DNA of 64,000 nt from Candidatus Versatilivorator sp. (lineage in GTDB: Bacteria; Acidobacteriota; Terriglobia; Versatilivoradales; Versatilivoraceae). This document shows, piece after piece, positions 29,047 through 38,079 of the stretch. A program made the translations under genes and the position numbers. The notes beneath the pieces were generated by a model. That model saw only the letters and a program-made list of their open reading frames with translations, had not been told where the DNA came from and searched no databases. The stretch covers positions 3,040,001 through 3,104,000 of the forward strand of contig OZ242296.1 of assembly GCA_965207735.1 (NCBI GenBank), written 5' to 3'. Each line of letters begins with the position of its first letter. Positions within the stretch are counted from its first letter, which is position 1.

Positions 29047-29062
29047 CCCGCATTTCTCACCG
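29043..29062. repeat. Solo terminal inverted repeat of the MITE family
   Basis: CTAGCCCGCATTTCTCACC between two convergent genes. Confidence 0.75.
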
Positions 29063-29902
29063 GGGCGTTCGGCTGCCAGATCCGGGCGCCTTGGGGTAGA
29101 TGGCGATGCCGGCGTAACCCACCACTTCGTTCCTTCCTCCGCCGGCATCTCCCGAGGTCGCATAATGGACCAGCTCGGCCCGGCAGGTCTCGGCCGAGGC
29201 CTCGGTTCCATACAGCATGGCGATGGTCGGTCCGTAGCCGCACATGCTGATGGACTCTTTCCGGACCACCTCGTAGAGTCCCGGGGCGTCCAGGGAGAGG
29301 ATCCTGGAGATGGCCTTGCGGTCCTTGATACGTGTCACCTCATCGGGCTCGAAATGGTTCATGTCACTGCTGGCGACCACCAGGACCGACTGTCCTGGCA
29401 GGTCCCGCAAGGCCTGCGCGATAGCTGTTCCCAGGCGCCGGAAGGTGGGGAAGTCGTGACGGCCCAGGGCGATGGGCACCAGGCGAAGATCAGGCCTGAG
29501 ATGCAACAGGAAGGGAAGCTGCACCTCCAGCGAGTGCTCTAAGCGGTGAGCTTCGGAATCTTCCCTCAGAAAGGGGCAGTGGTGCAGCAGTCTTCGGGCC
29601 AGCTCTTCATCGATAGGGATGCGGCCGAGGGGAGTCTCCCACTCACCTTGAACCATGATCGAGAGGGAGGCTCCCATGCCGGTATGGTTGGGGCAGAGGA
29701 TCAGGACTCGCTCGGGAATCTCGATTGCGGAGTAAACGGCTCCGGCGACGCCTCCGGAATAGAAGTAGCCGGCATGAGGCACCACCACGCCACGGGCCCG
29801 GAGTCGCGTTCGGGAGGGCCCCAGGTGCTCCAGCAGGTCGCGCCGGAGCCGGTCGGGTTGAGAGGGATAGAAACGGCCGGCAACGGCGGCTTTTCGCAAC
29901 AT
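29057..29902 (-). CDS. AmmeMemoRadiSam system protein B (MEMO1 family)
   Basis: RKAAVAGRFYP, VPHAGYFYSG, EHSLEVQLPFL, ASSDMNH, SMCGYGP and VVGYAG motifs. Confidence 0.93.
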   Translation of the reverse strand: MLRKAAVAGRFYPSQPDRLRRDLLEHLGPSRTRLRARGVVVPHAGYFYSGGVAGAVYSAIEIPERVLILCPNHTGMGASLSIMVQGEWETPLGRIPIDEELARRLLHHCPFLREDSEAHRLEHSLEVQLPFLLHLRPDLRLVPIALGRHDFPTFRRLGTAIAQALRDLPGQSVLVVASSDMNHFEPDEVTRIKDRKAISRILSLDAPGLYEVVRKESISMCGYGPTIAMLYGTEASAETCRAELVHYATSGDAGGGRNEVVGYAGIAIYPKAPGSGSRTPR

Positions 29903-30121
29903 GGAGCTTTCGACCGCGGAGTGGTTCAGGGGTTGCCCCGGCGGGTGTTCAGCCCGTCGGGGCGACGACGGTGACTGTTGCGGACCACCGGGAGGAAGGC
30001 GACAACTCTGATCTCACCGGAATCGTGGGCTCGCCGGCGGGAAATCGCGGGCAGGAAAAGGGGAGGCCCGCGCCGGTCCGGCACCTCGCCCGGAGACCGC
30101 CGGTTTCAGTATCGCTTCAGG

Positions 30122-31264
30122 TCAACTCTTGACGGCGCGATAGCCGGCGCGGGTTCTCGCCTTGACCTTCTTGACGCGATTCCCGTTCGCGTCAACGATC
30201 TCCACCTTGATCTTGCGGAACTTCCCGTTTCGGTTGGCATTGGTCGAAACGTAGCCCAAGCTGTACTGGTTCCTCAGCTCGATCCCGACCTGTTGCAGGA
30301 TGGCGGGGTGGTCCTGTTGCCAGCGGGGGAACCAGGCTTTGCCGCCGGTGACCTTGGCAAAGGTCTTGAGTTGATTGTCGGCCTGCAGATAGGTCAACCG
30401 GCTGATGGCCCCCATGTAGGGTTCCTGGTTCATGCGCCCTCTCTGGCCGATACCCAGGCAGTAGATGACGGCGTCGGTCGCCTGAACCCGCTTCAAGGCG
30501 GAGCCGAAAGTGATCCTGCTGAAGGTGTCCACGCCGGTGCTGACCAGGAGCACAGCCTTCTTGCCATCCACTTCGTCCAGGCGGTCCAGGGTGAACTTGA
30601 GAGCGTCGAAGAGGTTGGATTCCTGAGAGACGGGAAAGGCGATGCGGGAGAGCGACCCGAAGAGCTCGCGCTTGTCCTGGGTGAAGTCGGACAGAATGTT
30701 GGGGTTCAGGTTATAGGCCACCACCGCCGCCCAGTCGTCGGCCCGCAGCATCCGGATAAAATGGGCCGCCGGCATCACTGAGTCGTCGTACCACCACCAA
30801 GCCAGGTTCTTGGTGGACTCGAGTACCATCACCACCGTCAGCGGCGCCGAGGTGGGGCTGAAGTTGGTGACTTTCTGCTCGACCTTGTCCTCGTAGACCT
30901 TGAAGTTCTCGGCGGCCAGTTCGGGGATGAAATTCCCCGTCTTCTTGTCGGTGACGACCACATCCAGATTGACCAGCTCGATGTCGACCGCCAGGGTGAA
31001 GTTGTCTTCGGGCTTGGAGCCCTTGGGCCGGGCCGGGTTCAGGCGGCGTTTTCTCGGTCTGGGCTTCCGCTTGCGTACGATCACCGGGTCGGACTGCTGC
31101 TGCTGGGGACCACCCTTCTCTACCCGCTTGCCCTCTTCTCCCCGCTCCGGTTGGGAGGTTTCCTTTTCCCCCAGGCCCGCCGACAAGCGACTGCCACCCA
31201 GGATCATGCCCAGCGCCAAGGCTGCAAAGAGTGCGATTTGTCTGATCCGACACCAAGTCTTCAT
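30122..31264 (-). CDS. VWA domain protein (acidobacterial VWFA-related type)
   Basis: VDIELVNLDVVVTDK, FKVYEDKVEQ, KKAVLLVSTGVD and ELRNQYSLGY motifs. Confidence 0.88.
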   Translation of the reverse strand: MKTWCRIRQIALFAALALGMILGGSRLSAGLGEKETSQPERGEEGKRVEKGGPQQQQSDPVIVRKRKPRPRKRRLNPARPKGSKPEDNFTLAVDIELVNLDVVVTDKKTGNFIPELAAENFKVYEDKVEQKVTNFSPTSAPLTVVMVLESTKNLAWWWYDDSVMPAAHFIRMLRADDWAAVVAYNLNPNILSDFTQDKRELFGSLSRIAFPVSQESNLFDALKFTLDRLDEVDGKKAVLLVSTGVDTFSRITFGSALKRVQATDAVIYCLGIGQRGRMNQEPYMGAISRLTYLQADNQLKTFAKVTGGKAWFPRWQQDHPAILQQVGIELRNQYSLGYVSTNANRNGKFRKIKVEIVDANGNRVKKVKARTRAGYRAVKS

Positions 31265-31306
31265 GGCTTCGTTCCACCCTTGTTTTCGGATTTCGTTCTA
31301 TCTGAA

Positions 31307-31335
31307 ATCTTAAGCCAGGCCTGCTTGCGAGTCAA
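31307..31335 (-). promoter_or_regulatory. Putative sigma70 promoter of the VWA gene
   Basis: TTGACT-17 nt-TAAGAT. Confidence 0.5.
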
Positions 31336-31360
31336 CACCGCCGGACGAGGCTTCGTATTG

Positions 31361-32380
31361 CTAATCCTCTCCCAGCTTGAAATCCACTTCGGGAACCCCC
31401 TTCAATGCCTCCTTCATGTAATCCTTGACTCTCTCCACTAGCTTTTTTTCCGACACGCGAATAGCCTCGCGGGTGACTCCATACCGATCCGCGATGGCCT
31501 GAAGGGTCAGGGGCTCTTCGGCGATCAGTCTCTGCCGGAGGATGACCCGGTCCCTCTCGCCGAGGCCTTCGGAGAACCGGGCGAACTTGGACTCGATGAG
31601 GTCCTTCAACTCTCCGGCCGCCAGCTTTTCGTCGATCAGGTCCTCGGCGGTGGCCAGGGTCTCCAGATAGTAGAGGTCGGAGTCGCCGGAGGTGGGAGCG
31701 TCCAGGGAAAGGTCGTGCGCCCGAATGCTGTTTTCGACGTCGATCACGTCCCCTTCGCTCACATTGAGGTTATGGGCGATCAGCCTGGGAGTGGGCACGA
31801 CACCCTGGGCCTCCAGCCTCTGCTTCTCCTTGCGCAGATTCATCAGGAGCTTGCGCCGATCGTTGGTGGTTCCCACGCGCACGATGCGAAAATTGTCCAG
31901 GATGAACTTGATGATGTAGGCCTTGATCCACCAGGAGGCGTAGGTGGACAGACGCGCGCCGCGGTCGGGATCGAATTTCCTGACAGCCTGGAGCAGACCC
32001 AGATTGCCCTCCTGAATCAGGTCCATCAGGTTGGAGTAGACCTTGTTGTAGAGAAAGGCGATCTTGACTACGAGCTTGAGGTTTGAGGTGACCAGCCGGC
32101 GGGCCGCTTCCCTGTCCTGGCTGTCCCTGTAGAGACGGGCCAGGCGCTGTTCCTCCCCGGCGGTCAGCGGCTGATACTTGCTGATCTCCAGCAGGTAATG
32201 GCGAACGGGGTCGTACCGGACCAGCTCGACCCGCTCGCTGTCTTCCAGCGATATCTGCGGTTCCTCGTGTTCCTTCAGGGCCAGCACCCGGCCCAGGATT
32301 TTGGCGTTGTCCTCTGGGGTCTCGGCATTCGATCGAGGCGGCGGAGGGGATCTGTCGGGGTCAGGATGCATGCCTATCAT
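31361..32380 (-). CDS. RNA polymerase sigma factor, RpoH/sigma-32-like
   Basis: LVTSNLKLVVKIA, DLIQEGNLGL, STYASWWIKAYI, RpoH-box-like VRVGTTNDRRKLLMNL and TLQAIADRYGVTRE. Confidence 0.88.
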   Translation of the reverse strand: MIGMHPDPDRSPPPPRSNAETPEDNAKILGRVLALKEHEEPQISLEDSERVELVRYDPVRHYLLEISKYQPLTAGEEQRLARLYRDSQDREAARRLVTSNLKLVVKIAFLYNKVYSNLMDLIQEGNLGLLQAVRKFDPDRGARLSTYASWWIKAYIIKFILDNFRIVRVGTTNDRRKLLMNLRKEKQRLEAQGVVPTPRLIAHNLNVSEGDVIDVENSIRAHDLSLDAPTSGDSDLYYLETLATAEDLIDEKLAAGELKDLIESKFARFSEGLGERDRVILRQRLIAEEPLTLQAIADRYGVTREAIRVSEKKLVERVKDYMKEALKGVPEVDFKLGED

Positions 32381-32571
32381 CTCCTGTTCCGACCCTTTGC
32401 GGGCTCGGTTCGGAGGCGATCAATCCTATGGCTGCCTGGCGCGGGCGGGAGGAGCGGCACTCAAATCCGACCGGAGAAGGTCGTGCGATGCTACACTGTC
32501 ACGCTGAGGATCCCATCCTAACATACTTTCGCCCGCCCCGCCGGGACCCAGCGTTGCGGGATGCGGTCCTG

Positions 32572-34434
32572 ATGATCTCCATACAGTGGTCGGTTCTCAT
32601 CTTGTTTATTGCCACCGACGTGGCTGCGACTGAAACGAGTTCAACCATTAGCCTCAGTGAAGCACACATCGCCGCCGTCAATCGACCCAGGCGGGTCATC
32701 GTCAACATCGACGCCTCCTGGCACGTGGACCGGTTCGTCAAGGATCTGCCGGCGCAGGTGGATGACGCCTTCGGGTTTGCCGATGAACCCGGCAGCCACA
32801 TCGACAGTATCTGGTGGAGTTGGGGCCAGGGTCAGACGGCGCCCTATCCCAGCAAGATCCTACCGCTATACGATCGCGAAAAGTACCGGCGCTGGGTGAA
32901 TCAGGGCATCGATGTCATGCGCCTTTATCTGCAGGCGACCAGAAAACGAGGTTTGGAAGCCTTCTTTTCCTACCGCCTCAACGCAGGAGACTCGGACCTT
33001 GGAACCACCGCCCAGGTTGCCATCAAGCAAGAGCACCCCGAATGGACCATTCGCCCTTGGCCGGATCACCCCACGCTTCATCAAGTGATCTTGTTCAACT
33101 TTGCCTTCAAGCCGGTGAGAGACTATAAGTTGAGCGTGCTGCGGGAGGCAGCCGAGAACTATGAATTTGATGGTATTGAGCTGGACATGCAACGCAGTCC
33201 GCTGCTGCTACCGATTGGACGTCAGTGGGAAAATCGCCATCATCTGACACAGTTCGTGCGCTCGGTTCGAGCCATGCTGCAGGCGCTTGCCCGGAAGCGT
33301 GGCCGGCCCTTTTTGCTGGCCGTACGACTGAGCCATAGGATCGAGAGCTGCCACTTTGACGGCATCGACGTGGAGACCTGGGCAAGGGAGGGTCTGGTCG
33401 ACATGTTCGTGTTAGGCACCCGTTCCCTGGACGTAGATGTTAACGCGTTCCGCTGGATCACTGACGGAACCCACATCAAGCTCTACCCCGTCATTCAGGA
33501 TCACCACGGCCCCGATGGCTACAGTTACCCGCCCATCGAGGTCTTTCGAGGCGTGTTTTCCAACTGGTATCGTCAAGGAGCCGACGGCATTGAGACCTTC
33601 AATTTCGCTTGGGCGCCAGCCATCCCCGGCTATCCCCTCCCGTCGATGAACGCCAAGCAGTCCAAGGTACATCAGCAGGCCTACCGGGAAATGGGTGATC
33701 CTGAACTGATGAAGCACAAGGACAAGGTCTTCGTCCTGTCCCGCCGGGGTGGCGGTCATGGTGATCCCGTGGTGCCCGACCCGGAGAAGTGGTACACGCC
33801 CCGCCATATGTTCGGCTACACCAACATGCTGGCGCCCTTGCCCTGCCCGCTATCCAGCGACGGCAAGACCGACACCTTTCTGAAACTGTTTGTGGGTGAC
33901 GAGCTGAGTGCCGCGGTCGACCGTATTTCGGAATTGAGGCTGCGTATCCTGCTCCATGACGCAGCCGCCGGGGACTATATATCCTCAAATTCCCCGAAGA
34001 AACCCAAACCCCCCGATGACACCAGAATCGAGCGCGGTGCGATCCGCGCCTTCCGCCACACAAGCTTTCTCTACAACTGCCCGTCCAGGAAAGGCATCGA
34101 GAAACGCTTGCAGCTACGGATCCACAATAGCCTGCTGGCCGCGCCGGTTCTGGAAGACGGCTGGTTAGTATTTCACGACCTGAATCCGCGCTTATTCGCC
34201 GTCGGCGACAACCTGATCGGTGCCGTGCTCAGCCAGTCTACGAGCAATCTGGAGGAGTCCATTCGGATCGAGAAACTGGAACTGCAGGTGCGGTATCAGG
34301 TGAATGATGAGTCCAAGCCAGGCACTAAAGCAACGGCTGATGCATTGGGGGGCGACAGCTCATGGAGAGGAGTGCACCCAAGGGTCAACGAGCCGCGACG
34401 GCGGCGGCAATTCCTCCAAGGGTTCAGGTCCTGA
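32572..34434 (+). CDS. Glycoside-hydrolase-like (GHL10/DUF187-type TIM barrel) protein
   Basis: FFSYRLN, NFAFKPVRDYKL, YEFDGIELDMQR and GADGIETFNF motifs; start and true C-terminus uncertain. Confidence 0.7.
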   Translation: MISIQWSVLILFIATDVAATETSSTISLSEAHIAAVNRPRRVIVNIDASWHVDRFVKDLPAQVDDAFGFADEPGSHIDSIWWSWGQGQTAPYPSKILPLYDREKYRRWVNQGIDVMRLYLQATRKRGLEAFFSYRLNAGDSDLGTTAQVAIKQEHPEWTIRPWPDHPTLHQVILFNFAFKPVRDYKLSVLREAAENYEFDGIELDMQRSPLLLPIGRQWENRHHLTQFVRSVRAMLQALARKRGRPFLLAVRLSHRIESCHFDGIDVETWAREGLVDMFVLGTRSLDVDVNAFRWITDGTHIKLYPVIQDHHGPDGYSYPPIEVFRGVFSNWYRQGADGIETFNFAWAPAIPGYPLPSMNAKQSKVHQQAYREMGDPELMKHKDKVFVLSRRGGGHGDPVVPDPEKWYTPRHMFGYTNMLAPLPCPLSSDGKTDTFLKLFVGDELSAAVDRISELRLRILLHDAAAGDYISSNSPKKPKPPDDTRIERGAIRAFRHTSFLYNCPSRKGIEKRLQLRIHNSLLAAPVLEDGWLVFHDLNPRLFAVGDNLIGAVLSQSTSNLEESIRIEKLELQVRYQVNDESKPGTKATADALGGDSSWRGVHPRVNEPRRRRQFLQGFRS

Positions 34435-34620
34435 AGAGTGCAGTTTTCCCGGCAGGGGCAAACCCACCCCGGCAGCCGCTTCGCGGCCGCCACCTCTCCA
34501 GGGACGGGAATGCCCACCAGCCACTCAACCTGAAGAATAGCCGAAGCCGGGCCGGCTTGACGCTCCTCCTTTCCTCCTTTAAACTCAGTTGAGGACAAAG
34601 AAGAATAAGGAGTTGCGCCG

Positions 34621-35319
34621 ATGTTTCCCATGTTCGACCCCATGTACTTCGTGTTTATGGCTCCCGGCCTGATCCTGGCCTTGTGGGCGAGTTGGAGGGT
34701 GAAGTCCAACTTCAGGAAATACTCGGCCGTGCGATCCATGCGCGGGCTCACAGGGGCCCAGGCGGCGGAAGAGTTGCTGCGGCAGGGCGGTGTCCGGGGC
34801 GTGCGCATCGAGCGCGCTCACGGCATGCTCTCCGACCACTACAACCCGGTCACCCGGACCCTGGCCCTTTCCGACGGTGTTTACGGCTCGACGTCCGTGG
34901 CGGCCATCGGCATCGCCAGCCACGAGGCGGGTCACGCTCTCCAGCACGCTCAACACTACGGACCGCTTCGGCTGCGCTCGGCTCTGGTTCCCACTGCCGG
35001 CATTGGCTCCAACATCGGTTATGTCGTGATGTTATTGGGCCTTTTCATCGATCCGGCCCTGGTGCTGATCGGAGCCGTCCTCTTTTCGGCGGTGCTGCTG
35101 TTCCAGATCGTCACTCTTCCCGTGGAGTTTGACGCCTCCAGGCGCGCCAAGGCCCTGGTGATGGAGCAGGGCCTGATCTATCCGGGTGAGCGCGAAGGGA
35201 TGGACAAGGTGTTGAACGCCGCCGCCCTGACCTACGTGGCGGCGGTGGTGAGCACACTGCTGACGCTGCTCTACTTCCTGGTGCAAGCCGGTTTGTTGGG
35301 GGGCAGGTCGGACGACTGA
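34621..35319 (+). CDS. Membrane zinc metallopeptidase (YugP family)
   Basis: GLTGAQAA, LSDHYNP, ASHEAGHALQHA, TLPVEFDASRRA and LNAAALTYVAA motifs. Confidence 0.93.
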   Translation: MFPMFDPMYFVFMAPGLILALWASWRVKSNFRKYSAVRSMRGLTGAQAAEELLRQGGVRGVRIERAHGMLSDHYNPVTRTLALSDGVYGSTSVAAIGIASHEAGHALQHAQHYGPLRLRSALVPTAGIGSNIGYVVMLLGLFIDPALVLIGAVLFSAVLLFQIVTLPVEFDASRRAKALVMEQGLIYPGEREGMDKVLNAAALTYVAAVVSTLLTLLYFLVQAGLLGGRSDD

Positions 35320-35353
35320 GAGGCTGCAGCAAGGTTGTTGGGGTGCGAAAGCC

Positions 35354-35393
35354 AAAAGGGGCGCCGCGGCAGGTTCCGCCGGCGCCCCTTTTT
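35354..35393. terminator. Bidirectional intrinsic terminator
   Basis: AAAAGGGGCGCCG...CGGCGCCCCTTTTT between convergent genes. Confidence 0.8.
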
Positions 35394-35428
35394 CTTATTA
35401 CCTTTTCCTTGTCACCGCCGGTCCCGGC

Positions 35429-36178
35429 CTAAATTCCCCGGCTCAGAATCTCCGGCCCATTCTCGGTGACGGCGACACTGTGCTCGAAATGGGCCGAGGG
35501 TTTGCCGTCCTGGGTCACCACCGTCCAGCGATCGGGCAACACTCGGACCTTGTCCGTGCCCTGGCTCACCATGGGCTCGATGGCCAGGACCAGCCCGGGC
35601 TTCAGCAATATCCCGCGACCGTTGACCACGTAGTTGAGCACGGCCGGTTCCTCGTGCAGGTTTCTCCCGATGCCGTGCCCGGAAAACTCCTTCACCAGGG
35701 AATAGCCCCGGCCTTCGGCGTGGGCCTGGATGGCTGCCGAGATATCTCCCAGATGGTTGCCGGGAACCGCCTTCTCGATCCCCAGCAACAGCGACTCCCG
35801 CGTGGTCTGCAACAGACGTTCGGTAGCCGGCGAAATGCGGCCGACGGGCAGGGTCAGGGCAGCGTCTCCATAGAAACCCCGGTGGAATACTCCATAGTCC
35901 ACGCTGACGATATCGCCTTCCTTCAGAACCTGCTTGGAGGGGATCCCGTGCACCACCTGGTGGTTTACCGAGGTGCAGAGAGTGGCCGGGAATCCGTTGT
36001 AGCCCTTGAAGGCGGCCCTGGCCTTGCGCTTGAGAGTCAGATCCTCCGCAATCTTGTCCAATTCCAGGGTGGTGATGCCGGGATGGCAGTGGCGCTTGAG
36101 GGTGTTGAGAATGTCGACCACGATCTGGTTGCATTCCCTCAGGATCGCAATTTCGTTGGCCGACTTCAGGTGAATCAT
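35429..36178 (-). CDS. map: Type I methionine aminopeptidase
   Basis: CTSVNHQVVHGIP, GDIVSVDYG, GHGIGRNLHEEP, AIEPM and SAHFEHSV motifs. Confidence 0.96.
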   Translation of the reverse strand: MIHLKSANEIAILRECNQIVVDILNTLKRHCHPGITTLELDKIAEDLTLKRKARAAFKGYNGFPATLCTSVNHQVVHGIPSKQVLKEGDIVSVDYGVFHRGFYGDAALTLPVGRISPATERLLQTTRESLLLGIEKAVPGNHLGDISAAIQAHAEGRGYSLVKEFSGHGIGRNLHEEPAVLNYVVNGRGILLKPGLVLAIEPMVSQGTDKVRVLPDRWTVVTQDGKPSAHFEHSVAVTENGPEILSRGI

Positions 36179-36313
36179 GGATTGCCGCTCCGGGAAAAGT
36201 GTTGGATACCCTCGGCCCGAGCCTCTTCTCGGGGGGATGTCCCCCCCTGCTCAAGCCATTCCATGATTGATAAAACCCCCTGGGATGTCAAGGCGCTGGG
36301 ACCTGGAGTCCGA

Positions 36314-36342
36314 TTGACAATCCGGGGCCAAACGTTTAAGTT
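36314..36342 (+). promoter_or_regulatory. Putative sigma70 promoter
   Basis: TTGACA-17 nt-TAAGTT upstream of RBS GGAGG. Confidence 0.45.
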
Positions 36343-36369
36343 TTCTCGACGTTCAGAGGGAGGATCGGA

Positions 36370-37776
36370 ATGAGAAAGCGAGCGGAACCGGTTTTGGATT
36401 CCGCGGTGGACGATGCGATCGAATCCCTGCGGTCGTTGATTCGCCAGGCCCATCGACTGGTCATCTTCCGGGCCGTCCTGAGAGACCCGGTGGTGGCGGC
36501 TCTGCTCGATTTTCTGGAAGGAATCGCCGGCAGCCGGGCCCACACCGCCAAGGTGGCCAAGCGGGTTGCCGCCAGCTATGCCGCTTTTTTTGCCGGATTG
36601 GCCTCGCAAGCCGTTTCCGCGCCGGAAGCAGCCGTGGGCACTCCCTGGCAGAACCACCTGTTGAACCTGGTGCTGCGGGACGAGAATCCCTTTTCCCGAG
36701 GATCCGAAGGGCACGGCCTGGACCGCTTGGGTCCCTCTCTGGTCCTCCAGGTGGAGGCGGACCTGGCCCGGCTGCGGGAGCTCCATTGCTTGCGGGGCGA
36801 ACAGGTGGCGGTTGCCTGCCAAGCGATGGGCTGGGACGGAACCTGGCCGGGTTGGGACCGGCTGTGGGCGGAAGAGGCTTCTTGCAAACCGCTCTCCGAC
36901 CAGCGTCTGGAGATGAAACAGCGCCTGAGCCGGGCGTCCGACTGGGGTCCGCTGGTGACCGAATTGGCGGCCTATTACTCGCGGAACGGCGCCGGAATAT
37001 TCGGCGAGTTCCGGGCATTTCGCTGGAACCCGCAATCCCCGGGCGGGTCGTTGCAGGGCATTGCATTCCCGGACCCCATTACCCTGGAGGACCTGGTGGG
37101 GTACGAGGACCAGAAGCAGTGGCTGGCTCGGAATACCGGCTACTTCCTGGCGGGCCACCCGGCCAACAATGTCTTCGTCTACGGCGATCGAGGGACCGGG
37201 AAATCCTCCGCCATCAAGGCGCTCTTGAATCGCTTTGCCGGATCTTCCCTGCGCATGGTGGAAGTCTCCCGCGACGATCTGCATGACTTGCCCCGGGTGA
37301 TAGGCCTGCTCCGGGACAGGCCGCAGCACTTCATCGTTTTCGTGGACGACCTGTCATTCGAGGAAGGGGAGACTCAATACAAGACCTTGAAGGCCGTTCT
37401 GGAAGGAAGCCTGGAATCGCGCCCCGGCAACGTGGTGGTCTATGCCACCTCCAACCGCCGCCACTTGATTCGGGAGTTCTTCTCGGACCGCAACGACTTG
37501 CAGGGCGATGAGATCAGGCACCAGGACACGCTGCAGGAAAAGGTCTCCCTGGCCGACCGCTTCGGCATCCAGTTGTCCTTTGTGGCTCCCGATCAGAAAC
37601 AGTACCTGGCCATCGTTCACGCCATGGCCGGGAGGCGCGGCCTGACCTTGAAGCCCGGCGACGTGGAACGGCGTGCGCTGCAATGGGCCCAGCGCTACAA
37701 CGCCCGTTCCGGGCGCACAGCCCGTCAGTTCATGGACTGCCTCTGCGCAGAAGTGGATAGCGGCAAGGGCAAGTAA
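36370..37776 (+). CDS. AAA+ ATPase, DUF815 family
   Basis: Walker A GDRGTGKSS; FVDDLSFE, YATSNRRHL and EKVSLADRFG motifs. Confidence 0.9.
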   Translation: MRKRAEPVLDSAVDDAIESLRSLIRQAHRLVIFRAVLRDPVVAALLDFLEGIAGSRAHTAKVAKRVAASYAAFFAGLASQAVSAPEAAVGTPWQNHLLNLVLRDENPFSRGSEGHGLDRLGPSLVLQVEADLARLRELHCLRGEQVAVACQAMGWDGTWPGWDRLWAEEASCKPLSDQRLEMKQRLSRASDWGPLVTELAAYYSRNGAGIFGEFRAFRWNPQSPGGSLQGIAFPDPITLEDLVGYEDQKQWLARNTGYFLAGHPANNVFVYGDRGTGKSSAIKALLNRFAGSSLRMVEVSRDDLHDLPRVIGLLRDRPQHFIVFVDDLSFEEGETQYKTLKAVLEGSLESRPGNVVVYATSNRRHLIREFFSDRNDLQGDEIRHQDTLQEKVSLADRFGIQLSFVAPDQKQYLAIVHAMAGRRGLTLKPGDVERRALQWAQRYNARSGRTARQFMDCLCAEVDSGKGK

Positions 37777-37811
37777 CCCCCCGCATTGCAAACTCTCAAG
37801 GGAATGCCGTC

Positions 37812-38056
37812 AGCCCGCATTTCTCACCAGGGGGCATGATCATGGCGCAGGATTTTTCCCTTCAGCGCGTGCTCGCGACCGAAGAGCGTAGCGGTCACTA
37901 CGCGCGAGGGAGCATGTGCGGGCTGAAGGGAAAAAGACAAGCCAGGGCATGCCCAGCGCTGTCTGTTACCCACAAGCCCTTACCATGGAGCCAATCAACG
38001 TAGTGAAGATAAACTGCTTTTCGTCATGGCACCAGCGACCTGGTGAGAAATGCGGG
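37812..38056. mobile_element. MITE copy B (uninterrupted)
   Basis: AGCCCGCATTTCTCACCAGG...CCTGGTGAGAAATGCGGG. Confidence 0.9.
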
Positions 38057-38079
38057 GGCAGGGGTCGCCACCGGAACGG

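Noticed and set aside
34420-34450. Firm call as SRP RNA, 6S RNA or glycine riboswitch
   Set aside because: Key conserved nucleotides (GGAA tetraloop/AGCAG; ACCGAAG...CTCTCAGG) are absent or altered; kept only as an unidentified candidate RNA
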